Of a stretch of DNA of 64,000 nucleotides, positions 9,383-18,223 are shown one piece after another. The stretch's first letter is position 1. Each line of letters starts with the position of its first letter. The stretch covers positions 160,001-224,000 of the forward strand of contig JANRKO010000028.1 of NCBI GenBank assembly GCA_033763455.1, read 5' to 3'. The notes under the pieces were generated by a model. The model had not been told where the DNA came from, ran no database searches, and saw only the letters and a program-made list of their open reading frames with translations. The stretch is from Polyangiaceae bacterium. GTDB taxonomy: Bacteria > Myxococcota_A > Polyangia > Polyangiales > Polyangiaceae. The translations under genes were made by a program, and so were the position numbers.

Positions 9383-10699
9383 TCAATCGAGCGCGTCGGA
9401 AATCCAGCGCTCTAGCTGTGCGGCTCCCGCTTCAATCGCTTCGCTCGGTGTTTCTGTTTCAGGCATGCGCGGAGCTTCCGAGCGCAACTGATCGATCGCC
9501 TTGGGGTTGCGAAAGAAGTCGTCGTTGTGGGTTTCAATCATTTGCATGAGCCGCGTGTGCCCCAAAAATAGCCCAGAGAAGCGCTGAGCGTCATCCACGT
9601 TGAGGCGCAGGGAAGCTCCGAAGTTCTGGAGCTTGAGCGGGAAGCCTAGCGTGTGGAAGGTGAGATCCTCAATTTTGCTCCCAAGTACCCGTGGGCCCTG
9701 TTGGGCCAGGGGCCGCAAAAGGATGCGCAAAGCCGCGGCTCGGCTATATGCCAAAAGTGTGAGGCCGAGCACTTGCCGGTGCACGTGGATGTCGCGTTTT
9801 CCGAGCGAAAGCGTTTGCTGTAGGAAGGCGGGTGTGCTCAAGAGCAGGCCAAACATGGCGCCGTAGGTTCTCCGCTTGAGCCCGTACGGATCGTGCGCAA
9901 TAACGAACGGTTGGTTCGTGGGAGCTGTGGCGTCCACCCAGGCTGAGCCCAAGCGTGCCATGCCTCGCAAATAGCTTGAAGCTCCGTAGGCTCTCGGCAG
10001 TGGGCCAGGGTCCAGGTTAAGCGAAGTGAACAGATGCCCTTTTCGGAACCAATCCAAGAGGGCGTCGCTAGTAAGGCGGACGGGCCAGCCAGCATCCGCT
10101 TTTTTGCCCAGCGTGGCGTTCACGTATTCAGAGTAGCGAGGTTTCCGAAACACTTCCCAAATACGTTGGGTCACATTCAACCAATCTTCGGCGTGCTTTT
10201 CCAAGTCCGGGCAACAACCTTCAATCTCGGCCGGCGATGTTAGGCCCATTCGGATCGCTACTTCACGGCGTCGTTCCCACACTCTGAGGTGCGCCGCTGA
10301 TAAGTCTCCACTCAAACGGGCAAAGGTATGCACCCAACTTAGGCGCCTGGGATCATCCAGTAAGATCTGGTGAAAGATCTGCTGAAGCGAAAGGCGGTTG
10401 TGTTCCGGTTCGTCGAACACGAACGGTGTCGATCGGTAGCCGTGCTCAATTTGCAGGAGGGTGTATTGATTGATGCGCTGCTCCGCTAGGCGATAGATCC
10501 AGCGGCGGGCCGCAGCGAGCACCGGATCATCTGGCGCACTGCTTGCTGCCAGAAAGGTTTCCCGGGTGGAAACCCAACGAGTGGCCTCGAACGGATCGAA
10601 CGCCTCCTCTCCATTTCTTAAATCACGCTGGAAAGTTTGCCAGCGCCGCACCGTGAGGCGGAGGTCCCGGTCGAGTCGCAGAAAGTCGAGGTCGCTCAT
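9383..10699 (-). CDS. Hypothetical protein, possibly a degenerate M3-peptidase-like fold
   Basis: 438-aa ORF filling the gap between genes; C-terminal DDFFRNPKA resembles the M3-like terminal motif; no HEXXH. Confidence 0.6.
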   Translation of the reverse strand: MSDLDFLRLDRDLRLTVRRWQTFQRDLRNGEEAFDPFEATRWVSTRETFLAASSAPDDPVLAAARRWIYRLAEQRINQYTLLQIEHGYRSTPFVFDEPEHNRLSLQQIFHQILLDDPRRLSWVHTFARLSGDLSAAHLRVWERRREVAIRMGLTSPAEIEGCCPDLEKHAEDWLNVTQRIWEVFRKPRYSEYVNATLGKKADAGWPVRLTSDALLDWFRKGHLFTSLNLDPGPLPRAYGASSYLRGMARLGSAWVDATAPTNQPFVIAHDPYGLKRRTYGAMFGLLLSTPAFLQQTLSLGKRDIHVHRQVLGLTLLAYSRAAALRILLRPLAQQGPRVLGSKIEDLTFHTLGFPLKLQNFGASLRLNVDDAQRFSGLFLGHTRLMQMIETHNDDFFRNPKAIDQLRSEAPRMPETETPSEAIEAGAAQLERWISDALD

Positions 10700-10827
10700 A
10701 GTCAGAGAAAGGTTCAGGGCAACGCTTAGCGCAGAACTCGCGCAGCGGGTGAGGGTGTGGGGCCGAATGTGCAGATTCTGGCCCTTGAGTGGACCAACTG
10801 GGCACCCGGGGCTACGCTAGGCGGGCC

Positions 10828-11499
10828 ATGGCACATGTAGACGACGAGCTTTTGCAGGCGCTCAAAGACTCCGAAGAGCAGGCGGCAACCGAGCCGATGG
10901 TGGCTCCCGTTCAGTCGCGGCCGGAGGGGGTGAGGAAGCCAGCTTCCAAAGGTAATCTGGGGTTGCTCTTGGGCCTGTTGGTAGCAGCTGGCGGCGTTCT
11001 CACCCTTGTGCTCAACAACGTGGATGATTCAGCAGCCTACTCCAAGACCGTGAGCGAGTTTTTCCGCGATAAGGAGCGCCTCAAGGATCGCACCGTGAAC
11101 TTGAAAGGGATGCTCGTGAAGGGCACTCTGGTTTCGAACCTTGCAACGCGCGGGAAGGAGCCCTGCGAATACCGTTTCGTACTTTACGAGAAGGATGGCC
11201 CCAAGCTGCCCGTGCGCTTTGGAGGCTGCGTGATCCCCGACACTTTCCGGGACCTGCCGGAGATGGACGTCGAGGTGACGGCGACGGGCAAGCTCTCGCC
11301 CGAGGGCTATTTCGCAGCGGACCACATCATGGCCAAGTGCCCGTCCAAATACGAGATGAAGCAGAGGCAGGCCGCGGGCGAAAAGGCACCGCACAAGGGT
11401 GCTGCCCCAGAGCTGTTTCCCTCGGTAGGGCCGCTCGACAACATGGACACCCACAAAAAGTCTCCACTAGTGGTGTCAGGCAGCGGCAAAGAGGGCTAG
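10828..11499 (+). CDS. ccmE: Cytochrome c maturation heme chaperone CcmE, CxxxY variant
   Basis: TM helix, LKGMLVKGTL, IPDTFRD...VEVTATGKL, and AKCPSKY at 11332-11352. Confidence 0.9.
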   Translation: MAHVDDELLQALKDSEEQAATEPMVAPVQSRPEGVRKPASKGNLGLLLGLLVAAGGVLTLVLNNVDDSAAYSKTVSEFFRDKERLKDRTVNLKGMLVKGTLVSNLATRGKEPCEYRFVLYEKDGPKLPVRFGGCVIPDTFRDLPEMDVEVTATGKLSPEGYFAADHIMAKCPSKYEMKQRQAAGEKAPHKGAAPELFPSVGPLDNMDTHKKSPLVVSGSGKEG

Positions 11500-11509
11500 T
11501 TTCTAGCCC

Positions 11510-12541
11510 ATGTGGGATCGCTTCCTTCGTGCAGCCCGGCGAGAGCCGGTGGATACAACTCCCGTTTGGTTCATGCGACAAGCCGGCCGCTATATGGCCG
11601 AGTACCGCGAGATCCGTAAGAAGCGGACGCTGCTTGAGATCTGCAAAAATCCCGAGCTTGCCACCGAGGTCACGCTCCAGCCAGTGAAGGCTTTGGAGGT
11701 GGATGCCGCGATTCTTTTTGCCGATATCTTGCTGCCGTTAGAGCCCATGGGTGCGCCCTTTGAGTTCGCGGCTGGCGAAGGCCCCGTGATTCATAGTCCG
11801 GTGCGCGATCGGGAGGGTGTCGATCGCTTGCGAGTGATCGAACCCGAAGAAGGCCTCGGCTACGTGTTGGAGGCCATTCGGCTAATTCGCCGAGAGCTTG
11901 ACGGCAAAACTCCGCTCATTGGCTTTGCTGGCGCGCCCTTCACCCTCGCAAGTTACCTGATCGAAGGTGGCAAGAGCACGCATTATACGCTCACCAAATG
12001 TATGATGTACAACGAGCCTGCCACCTGGCATGCACTCATGGAGAAATTCTCTGAGGTGGTGCGCCGTTATTTGCACGCCCAAATCGCAGCCGGTGCGCAA
12101 GCTGTGCAGCTCTTTGATTCTTGGGTGGGTGCGCTCGGCCCGGAGGATTACCGGGAGTATATTTTGCCTCATGTTCAGCACATCTTGAAAAGTGTGGAAA
12201 CGGCCAATGTGCCCGTGATTCACTTTGGAACGGGAACGGGTTCGCTCCTTGAGCTACAGCGCGAAGCGGGTGGTACCGTGATTGGCGTAGATTGGCGCAC
12301 TCCTCTCTCGCAAGCGATTGAACGTTTACCTGGCGTGGCGCTCCAGGGCAACCTGGACCCTTTGCTGATGTTTGCGGACGATGAGCTTTTGAAGCGGCGC
12401 GTGCAGGGCGTAGTGGAGCAAGGGCGCGGCGCCGCCGGCCACATTTTCAATCTGGGGCATGGAATTTTGCCGGAAATGTCTTTGGAGAAGGTGCAGAAGG
12501 TCGCGCGCTGGGTGCACGAGTTTGGGAAACGCGGGGCCTAA
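11510..12541 (+). CDS. hemE: Uroporphyrinogen decarboxylase
   Basis: PVWFMRQAGRY, IGFAGAPFTLASY, QLFDSW, HIFNLGHGI. Confidence 0.97.
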   Translation: MWDRFLRAARREPVDTTPVWFMRQAGRYMAEYREIRKKRTLLEICKNPELATEVTLQPVKALEVDAAILFADILLPLEPMGAPFEFAAGEGPVIHSPVRDREGVDRLRVIEPEEGLGYVLEAIRLIRRELDGKTPLIGFAGAPFTLASYLIEGGKSTHYTLTKCMMYNEPATWHALMEKFSEVVRRYLHAQIAAGAQAVQLFDSWVGALGPEDYREYILPHVQHILKSVETANVPVIHFGTGTGSLLELQREAGGTVIGVDWRTPLSQAIERLPGVALQGNLDPLLMFADDELLKRRVQGVVEQGRGAAGHIFNLGHGILPEMSLEKVQKVARWVHEFGKRGA

Positions 12542-12543
12542 GC

Positions 12544-14022
12544 GTGTCGCCCAAGTCCATTGCCGTGATCGGCGGGGGCATCACGGGTTTAGCCGCTGCG
12601 TATTACCTGAAGCAGCAGAGCCCGGAACATCGCGTACAGCTCTTCGAGTCCAATACTCGCCTGGGCGGTAACATTATTACGGAAGAACGCGACGGCTTCG
12701 TGATCGACGGTGGGCCAGATTCCTTCCTGCGTACGAAGCCTTACGCCGTGAACTTGTGTCGTGAATTGGGGCTAGCCCCAAAGCTCATCACCACCCGCCC
12801 GGAGGCGCGAAAAGTCTATATTGCGCACCAGGGCCGGCTGGAATTAATGCCCGGCGGGATGGCGCTCGCTATTCCCACGCGCATTTCACCGATGCTAAAG
12901 ACGCCCATCTTGAGTTGGCTCGGTAAGCTCCGAATTTTGGGTGATTTGATGTTGGATGCCCGGGAAAGCGCACCCGACGACGATGAATCCATAGAAGGCT
13001 TCGTGGCGCGTCGATTTGGCCAAGAAGTGGCCGATAAGATTGCGGGGCCGCTCCTCGGGGGCATTTATGCGGGTGACGTTGGGCAGCTGAGCCTGCGTTC
13101 CACCTTTCCGCAATTGGCTGAGCTGGAGGCGAAATATCGCAGTGTTATCTTGGGAATGCTGCTGTCGCAAAAGCCCCCGGACCGTGCCGGCGCGCAAACC
13201 TTGGGCCAGCTTTCACCCCAAGAAATCTTCCAATGGCTCACGCGCGCGGAGGCCGCCGCCCCTAGCCCTTTCTACTCGTTGGAGGGCGGAATGGGCAGCT
13301 TGATTGCGGCTTTGCACAGGAGCCTTCGCCCCGAGGATGTGCATGTGGGAGCGCGCGTAGAGCGGCTTTTGCAGCTTCCTGGAAAGCGCTGGCAGCTACA
13401 GTTTTCGGGTAATTCGAGCGAAGCACCCGTTCGAGAACCTTGCGATGTGGACGCGATACTCTTGGCAGCTCCCGCACGTGTGGCGGCCAAGCTGCTCGCT
13501 CAACGAGAGTTGGCAGAGGAGCTTTCGTCTATTCCGTACGTTTCAACAGCCACAGTTTTCTTTGCGCTGAACCAAGAGGATGTTGCGCATCCGCTCGATG
13601 GCCTTGGGTTTATTGCGCCGAAAGGTGAGGCGGAGATTTTGGCGGGCACTTGGGTGTCCAGCAAATGGGAGCATCGGGCGCCTCCTGGCAAAGCGTTGGT
13701 GCGGGCGTTTTTGGGGGGTAGTCGCGGAACCGTGAAGCTCGCAGGGGCTGCCGATGCTGAACTTGAGGGCGTGGCCTTATCAGAGCTGGAGCGCCTGATG
13801 GGGCCTCTTGGTACACCGCTTTTCTCAAAGGTCTTCCGTTATATGAATTCCAATCCACAGCCCGTGGTGGGGCACATGGGCCGCCTTGCCCGGATTCGAG
13901 CCCACGCTTCTCGGCTCGGGCGCCTTGAGCTCGCGGGGGCAGCCTACGAGGGGGTGGGCATTCCGGACTGTATTCGCCAGGCAAAAACGGCAGCCGAGCG
14001 GCTTCTGCAAGAATTGTGTTGA
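12544..14022 (+). CDS. hemY: Protoporphyrinogen/coproporphyrinogen oxidase, HemY-type FAD enzyme
   Basis: IGGGITGLAAAY, DGGPDSF, GPLLGGIYAGD, SSKWEHRAP, GVGIPDCI; 2-bp gap after hemE. Confidence 0.93.
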   Translation: MSPKSIAVIGGGITGLAAAYYLKQQSPEHRVQLFESNTRLGGNIITEERDGFVIDGGPDSFLRTKPYAVNLCRELGLAPKLITTRPEARKVYIAHQGRLELMPGGMALAIPTRISPMLKTPILSWLGKLRILGDLMLDARESAPDDDESIEGFVARRFGQEVADKIAGPLLGGIYAGDVGQLSLRSTFPQLAELEAKYRSVILGMLLSQKPPDRAGAQTLGQLSPQEIFQWLTRAEAAAPSPFYSLEGGMGSLIAALHRSLRPEDVHVGARVERLLQLPGKRWQLQFSGNSSEAPVREPCDVDAILLAAPARVAAKLLAQRELAEELSSIPYVSTATVFFALNQEDVAHPLDGLGFIAPKGEAEILAGTWVSSKWEHRAPPGKALVRAFLGGSRGTVKLAGAADAELEGVALSELERLMGPLGTPLFSKVFRYMNSNPQPVVGHMGRLARIRAHASRLGRLELAGAAYEGVGIPDCIRQAKTAAERLLQELC

Positions 14023-14058
14023 ACTTGGCGGCGGTCTGCTAGGCTCCGCGCGCTTTTT

Positions 14059-14129
14059 TCGGGCGTCGTCTAAAGGTAGGACAAGGGACTTTGAATCCCT
14101 TTATCTAGGTTCGAATCCTAGCGCCCGAG
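14059..14129 (+). tRNA. tRNA-Gln (anticodon TTG), CCA not encoded
   Basis: Acceptor stem TCGGGCG/CGCCCGA, anticodon arm AGGGA-CTTTGAA-TCCCT, T arm CTAGG-TTCGAAT-CCTAG, discriminator G; TGc-TAGGCT extended -10 at 14037-14045. Confidence 0.96.
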
Positions 14130-14134
14130 CTACA

Positions 14135-14153
14135 GCTCACGCTTCGCGTGAGC
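14135..14153 (+). terminator. Perfect 8-bp hairpin after the tRNA
   Basis: GCTCACGC-TTC-GCGTGAGC; there is no U-tract, so a terminator role is uncertain. Confidence 0.4.
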
Positions 14154-14538
14154 GGAGCGGGTGCGTTAGGGTTTAGTCCTTATTTCGGATGCCGAGGAAG
14201 GTGCCGTCGGCGGGCTGAGTAAGTGTGAGAAGTATGGTCAGCGGAGCGAATCCTAGCTCGCGGGTCACACGAACGGAAAGCAGCTCACGGCGTCACACGC
14301 ACGGAGAGGCGATGTGCCCTTCGCAAGTTAAATGAGAATCTTAGCATGCTAAGTATTTCTATCGCACTTGGCGGAACAGAGTGCCGGATGGAATGTCCGG
14401 GGCAACTCCCCTAGCTGCTATCTCTCAGAGAGCGTTACTTACGTTCTTTATCAGGCGCGGCGCAATACACCGGGTGGAGCAGCTGCTCGTTTCTGATCGC
14501 ACATTGCCGTTTCGCGTAGCGACCGGCGGACGAATCGA

Positions 14539-15402
14539 TCAACCGAAGTGGTACGCCGAAAGGCGCGCTCCCCAGAAAAGCTCGCTGTACGCCACCGTGC
14601 CGATATCTTGCCCGGCCGCGCCTGCGATTACCATGAGAGGCAGGAGATGCTCTTCGCGCGGATGTGCAGCGCGCGCGGCGGGCGCTTTGGCCCAAGCTTT
14701 GAGCAGTTCATCGCGCTCGGCTGGAGAACGAACAGCTACATCGCTCAGCCACGCATCGAACGTCTCCGATGCAGGGCCTCCTTTAGATGCCATGTAATCT
14801 CGAAGGTTGTGAAAGCTGGAGCCGCTGCCAATGATGAATACGCCTTCATCGCGCAAGGGTGAAAGCGCGCGCCCAATGGCTAAATGTTCCGCGGGATCTA
14901 AGCCTGCCTTCAAGGAAAGCTGCGTGGTGGGGATATTCGGCTCGGGGTAGGCGAGCTTCAGCGGCACAAATGTTCCATGATCGAATCCGCGCGCGGCGTC
15001 CGCTTTGGATTGCATGCCAGCCTCGCCGAGCAACGCCTGCACACGCGCAGCCAGAGCCGGAGCACCCGGAGCCGGCCACTGAATTTCATAGGATGCCGGT
15101 GGAAACCCGTAATAATCGTAGAGCATGGGCGGATTCGGGTGCGTCATCACACTTGGCACGGGTTCTTCCCAATGTGCCGACACCACCAACAACCCTTTTG
15201 GCTTCATTGGCGGAACGGAACCTACGCTTTGCAGATAAGCGGTGAGCTCATCCATGCCACCGCGCGCGCGCATTCCCATTTCCACAAACGGCCAAGGACC
15301 TCCTCCGTGCGGAAGATAGATGACAGGCATACGCTCGGTTGGGGAGGGTGATGTGGGTGCGGTGGCCATTCTGGGGTCCGTGGTTTTCCGGGCGTGGTTC
15401 AA
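14539..15402 (-). CDS. DODA-type (LigB/YgiD family) extradiol ring-cleavage dioxygenase
   Basis: PVIYLPHGGGP, VSAHWE, YDYYGFP, RGFDHG, GSGSSFHN, HPREEHLLPL. Start may be 15372 or 15330. Confidence 0.92.
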   Translation of the reverse strand: MNHARKTTDPRMATAPTSPSPTERMPVIYLPHGGGPWPFVEMGMRARGGMDELTAYLQSVGSVPPMKPKGLLVVSAHWEEPVPSVMTHPNPPMLYDYYGFPPASYEIQWPAPGAPALAARVQALLGEAGMQSKADAARGFDHGTFVPLKLAYPEPNIPTTQLSLKAGLDPAEHLAIGRALSPLRDEGVFIIGSGSSFHNLRDYMASKGGPASETFDAWLSDVAVRSPAERDELLKAWAKAPAARAAHPREEHLLPLMVIAGAAGQDIGTVAYSELFWGARLSAYHFG

Positions 15403-15433
15403 CAGGGAGAGCTAGTCGGTCCGACGTGAATAC

Positions 15434-15610
15434 CTATCTACCCCAGAGTGCCAGGTCTGGCTCGTCGTTTTGCAGACGCACCCGCACATCGAGCGAAATG
15501 TCCTTGTCGCTCACGGCAAGGCGCCCCGGCTGGCCGTGCCGCACCTCCACGCCTTCGATAGGGACTGGCGGGTTGAGGACCTCGTTGGGTAGCGAAATGA
15601 TTAACTCGCT
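15434..15610 (-). pseudogene. Fragment of an Rpn-family PD-(D/E)XK recombination-promoting nuclease/putative transposase
   Basis: Manual translation SELIISLPNEVLNPPVPIEGVEV...LAVSDKDISLDVRVRLQNDE* resembles the Rpn N-terminus; no start codon; ends before the catalytic VEMQ. Confidence 0.65.
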
Positions 15611-16458
15611 CAGTGTCCTGGCTTGGCGATAAATTCGCGAATTTCCGCAAGCGCAGCCTCGCTTTTGAGCAGTGCGGTGTGCCCTACGCCTTGTAACTCT
15701 ACGTAGCGCGCGCGCTTGCCCAGCTTTGCTGCAATGGCCCGACCTTGGGCGGGGCCGTTCAGCGCTTCATCCGCGCTGCCCTGGAGCACCAACACAGGTT
15801 TCTGAATGTCTATGAGGAGTGGGCGAGTTTGGTAGTCGTCCCCTGAATCCAATCGTTGCCAAAGGGAGGGGCGCACCATCACGATGTCGTCCACGCTGGC
15901 CAGCAATGTAAGCGACGCTACCTTGGTGCCGCGGCGAGCGGTCGCACCCACGGCGTGTACGGCGAAGTGCCCGCCAATCGAAAAACCAAGTACGTTAAGT
16001 TGTGAGGGTGCAATGCGTTCCGATTTCAACAAGCTTTCCAAAATCCGCGGTGCATCTTGCGCCAGTGCCGCCAGCTCAGAAGTGCCCTCGGAAGAATCAA
16101 AGCCCCGATAGGCGAAGGTGGCCAGACCGAAATCACGCGCGCCAGCCAGGCGTGTGAGAAAAGCCTGGCCACGTTTGAGCTGGGCTTCATCGTTGCCAGG
16201 ATAAAATAGCAACCACGGGGCCACCGCGGATTGGGGTACGCGGATGAGGCCACGTAGGCTCACGCCTTGAGCCACGGTGATTGCGGCCTTTTTCCAGCCC
16301 GGCTGGCTCGCCAAGCTCTGGTAGCTCACCTCGCTCATGGGCGTTCCAAGGTAGGGGAAGCGCAGCCGTGTGCGGCCGGAAAATCGCGAATACGTTCCAA
16401 GCGCCATGGCAACCGCTACCAGTCCCAGAAGTACTAAAGCTACCCGTTTACGCGTCAT
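15610..16458 (-). CDS. Membrane-anchored alpha/beta hydrolase
   Basis: N-terminal TM, LFYPGN, YRGFDSSEG, nucleophile GFSIGG, LQGSADE, GVGH. Confidence 0.85.
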   Translation of the reverse strand: MTRKRVALVLLGLVAVAMALGTYSRFSGRTRLRFPYLGTPMSEVSYQSLASQPGWKKAAITVAQGVSLRGLIRVPQSAVAPWLLFYPGNDEAQLKRGQAFLTRLAGARDFGLATFAYRGFDSSEGTSELAALAQDAPRILESLLKSERIAPSQLNVLGFSIGGHFAVHAVGATARRGTKVASLTLLASVDDIVMVRPSLWQRLDSGDDYQTRPLLIDIQKPVLVLQGSADEALNGPAQGRAIAAKLGKRARYVELQGVGHTALLKSEAALAEIREFIAKPGH

Positions 16459-16773
16459 CAATGCCACCACCGGCTAACACTTCAAGTTGAACGGCCGGGG
16501 AGCCTCCGATGGTTACCGGATTGCGAACCACCGAGCCTGCTCGCCGCTCTTTGGAATCCAGCTCGTGAGTGCTCGTGAGGATCATCAGCTAGATTTCTCA
16601 TGACGCATCTTCTTGAAGCGATGGCCAAATTGATCGTCCTCCGACAATTCAACCCAGGGTGGTATTTGGTAATTGGCTCGGCGCCCTCGGCAAAATGCGT
16701 TCATGCGCAGCTTGAAAGCAGGCAGAGGCTCGGGCGTGTGCAGGCTGAAATGAGCTCCGACCATTTGCTCCCA

Positions 16774-16923
16774 TCAGACGACGCCGAGTGAATCGAGCAC
16801 GGCGTCTTTGCCGACCCACACGGTGTCTGCGTTGAGGGCTTCGGGTAAAGGGAGATCGCTCTGCGCAAATACCTCGCGGACGCTTGCTATCACGATTGCT
16901 AGTGCGGTGTTTTGATCTAACAT
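16774..16923 (-). pseudogene. Truncated acyl carrier protein
   Basis: MLDQNTALAIV...LNADTVWVGKDAVLDSLGVV*; stops just after the LDSL phosphopantetheine motif. Confidence 0.6.
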
Positions 16924-17243
16924 AGGAGCTCTTTTTTGTTTGCTACAGGCTAGCGCCAACGCACCAGTGAAACACTGCGATTGCCGGAAAGCCAGGCCCA
17001 ATCACCGATCTCGATGGGCTTTGAACCAAGTGGCCGCGCGGCGTCAATTCAGGGAGCCGGTATGCCGCCCCCTGCGTGTTTTCGCCATTTCTGGAGGCAG
17101 GCGCAGAGTTGGGGCCCGGAGTCGGGGAACGAGCAGCCTCCCGGGGACCAGCCCGCAGGGCCTAAGTGCTTTCGACAGTTGAGCTCGGCTCGGCGCAAGC
17201 TACTGTTTGCCGCTATCCCCTCGCAAGTGAAGGAATTTTGCCG

Positions 17244-18146
17244 ATGCAAGTTGAAATAGTCGCCCAGGCGAATTGCCTCCTTGCGGAGAATCCGCTCTGG
17301 AACGTAAGCGAACAGGCCCTCTATTGGACCGATATCCCCGGCCGAAGGCTCTATCGGTACTTTCCCGACACCCGCCGATATGAGTGTTTCTATGAAGGGG
17401 AGGTAGTAGGCGGATTCACGTTTCAAGAAGATAACTCGCTGTTGCTGTTTGGGGCTAACAGCATCGCTCGGCTATCTTCTGAGGGTGTTCGTACGGTTCT
17501 TCGCGAAGGCATTGATACTGCCATGAAGCGCTTCAACGATGTGATTGCCGATCCATTCGGGAGAGTATTTGCTGGAAGCATCGGAGCCACCAAGGAGAGT
17601 GGAGGGCTCTATCGTGTCGATCCCGACGGGGCCATAAGCTTGTTGTTCCAAGGAACCGGCTGCAGCAACGGCTTGGCTTTCTCCCCGGATCTTCAATACC
17701 TGTATTGGACGTGCACCACCACAAGCACTCTCTTCCGGTTCAAATACAACTTGGAAAACGGCGAGCTCTCCGAGCGCACTACCTTCTACGTGGCGCCAGG
17801 ATCAGAAGGCAACCCCGATGGAATGACCATCGATACCGAAGGGAACCTCTGGACCTGCCGCTATGCAGGAAGCACTGTGCTGAAGCTGAATAGCTCAGGA
17901 AAATTGGTAGATCGCGTGGAGTTGCCTGTTCGCGACATCACCTCCGCCGTATTTGGCGGTCCAAACCTCGACGAACTCTACGTTACAACCGCTGGTGGCA
18001 AGCCTGACGTGGTTGGTTTGGAAGGCGGGATCTTTAAGGTTTCGGGCTTGGGGCGGGGCCTTCCGGAGTTTCGTTCAAAGTATCTCCTCGGAACAGCATC
18101 AAGCGCCCCTGAAAACGCTATGGGCGCGGCCTCACAGCAGAGCTAG
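17244..18146 (+). CDS. SMP-30/gluconolactonase/LRE family sugar lactonase
   Basis: LAENPLW, LYWTDI, RFNDVIADPFGR, SNGLAFSPD, PDGMTIDTEGNLW, FGGPNLDELYVTTA; AAGGA upstream. Confidence 0.92.
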   Translation: MQVEIVAQANCLLAENPLWNVSEQALYWTDIPGRRLYRYFPDTRRYECFYEGEVVGGFTFQEDNSLLLFGANSIARLSSEGVRTVLREGIDTAMKRFNDVIADPFGRVFAGSIGATKESGGLYRVDPDGAISLLFQGTGCSNGLAFSPDLQYLYWTCTTTSTLFRFKYNLENGELSERTTFYVAPGSEGNPDGMTIDTEGNLWTCRYAGSTVLKLNSSGKLVDRVELPVRDITSAVFGGPNLDELYVTTAGGKPDVVGLEGGIFKVSGLGRGLPEFRSKYLLGTASSAPENAMGAASQQS

Positions 18147-18223
18147 ATCCGAGGCTTCACGTTGTCGAATCGCGGTGGTGGCTGCCCCAGCCGCTTCTCG
18201 CTTTGGCACACCCGAGGAGTCAA

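Noticed and set aside
14381..14797. 138-aa plus-strand ORF after the tRNA
   Set aside because: Mostly antisense to the dioxygenase, with no recognisable motifs.
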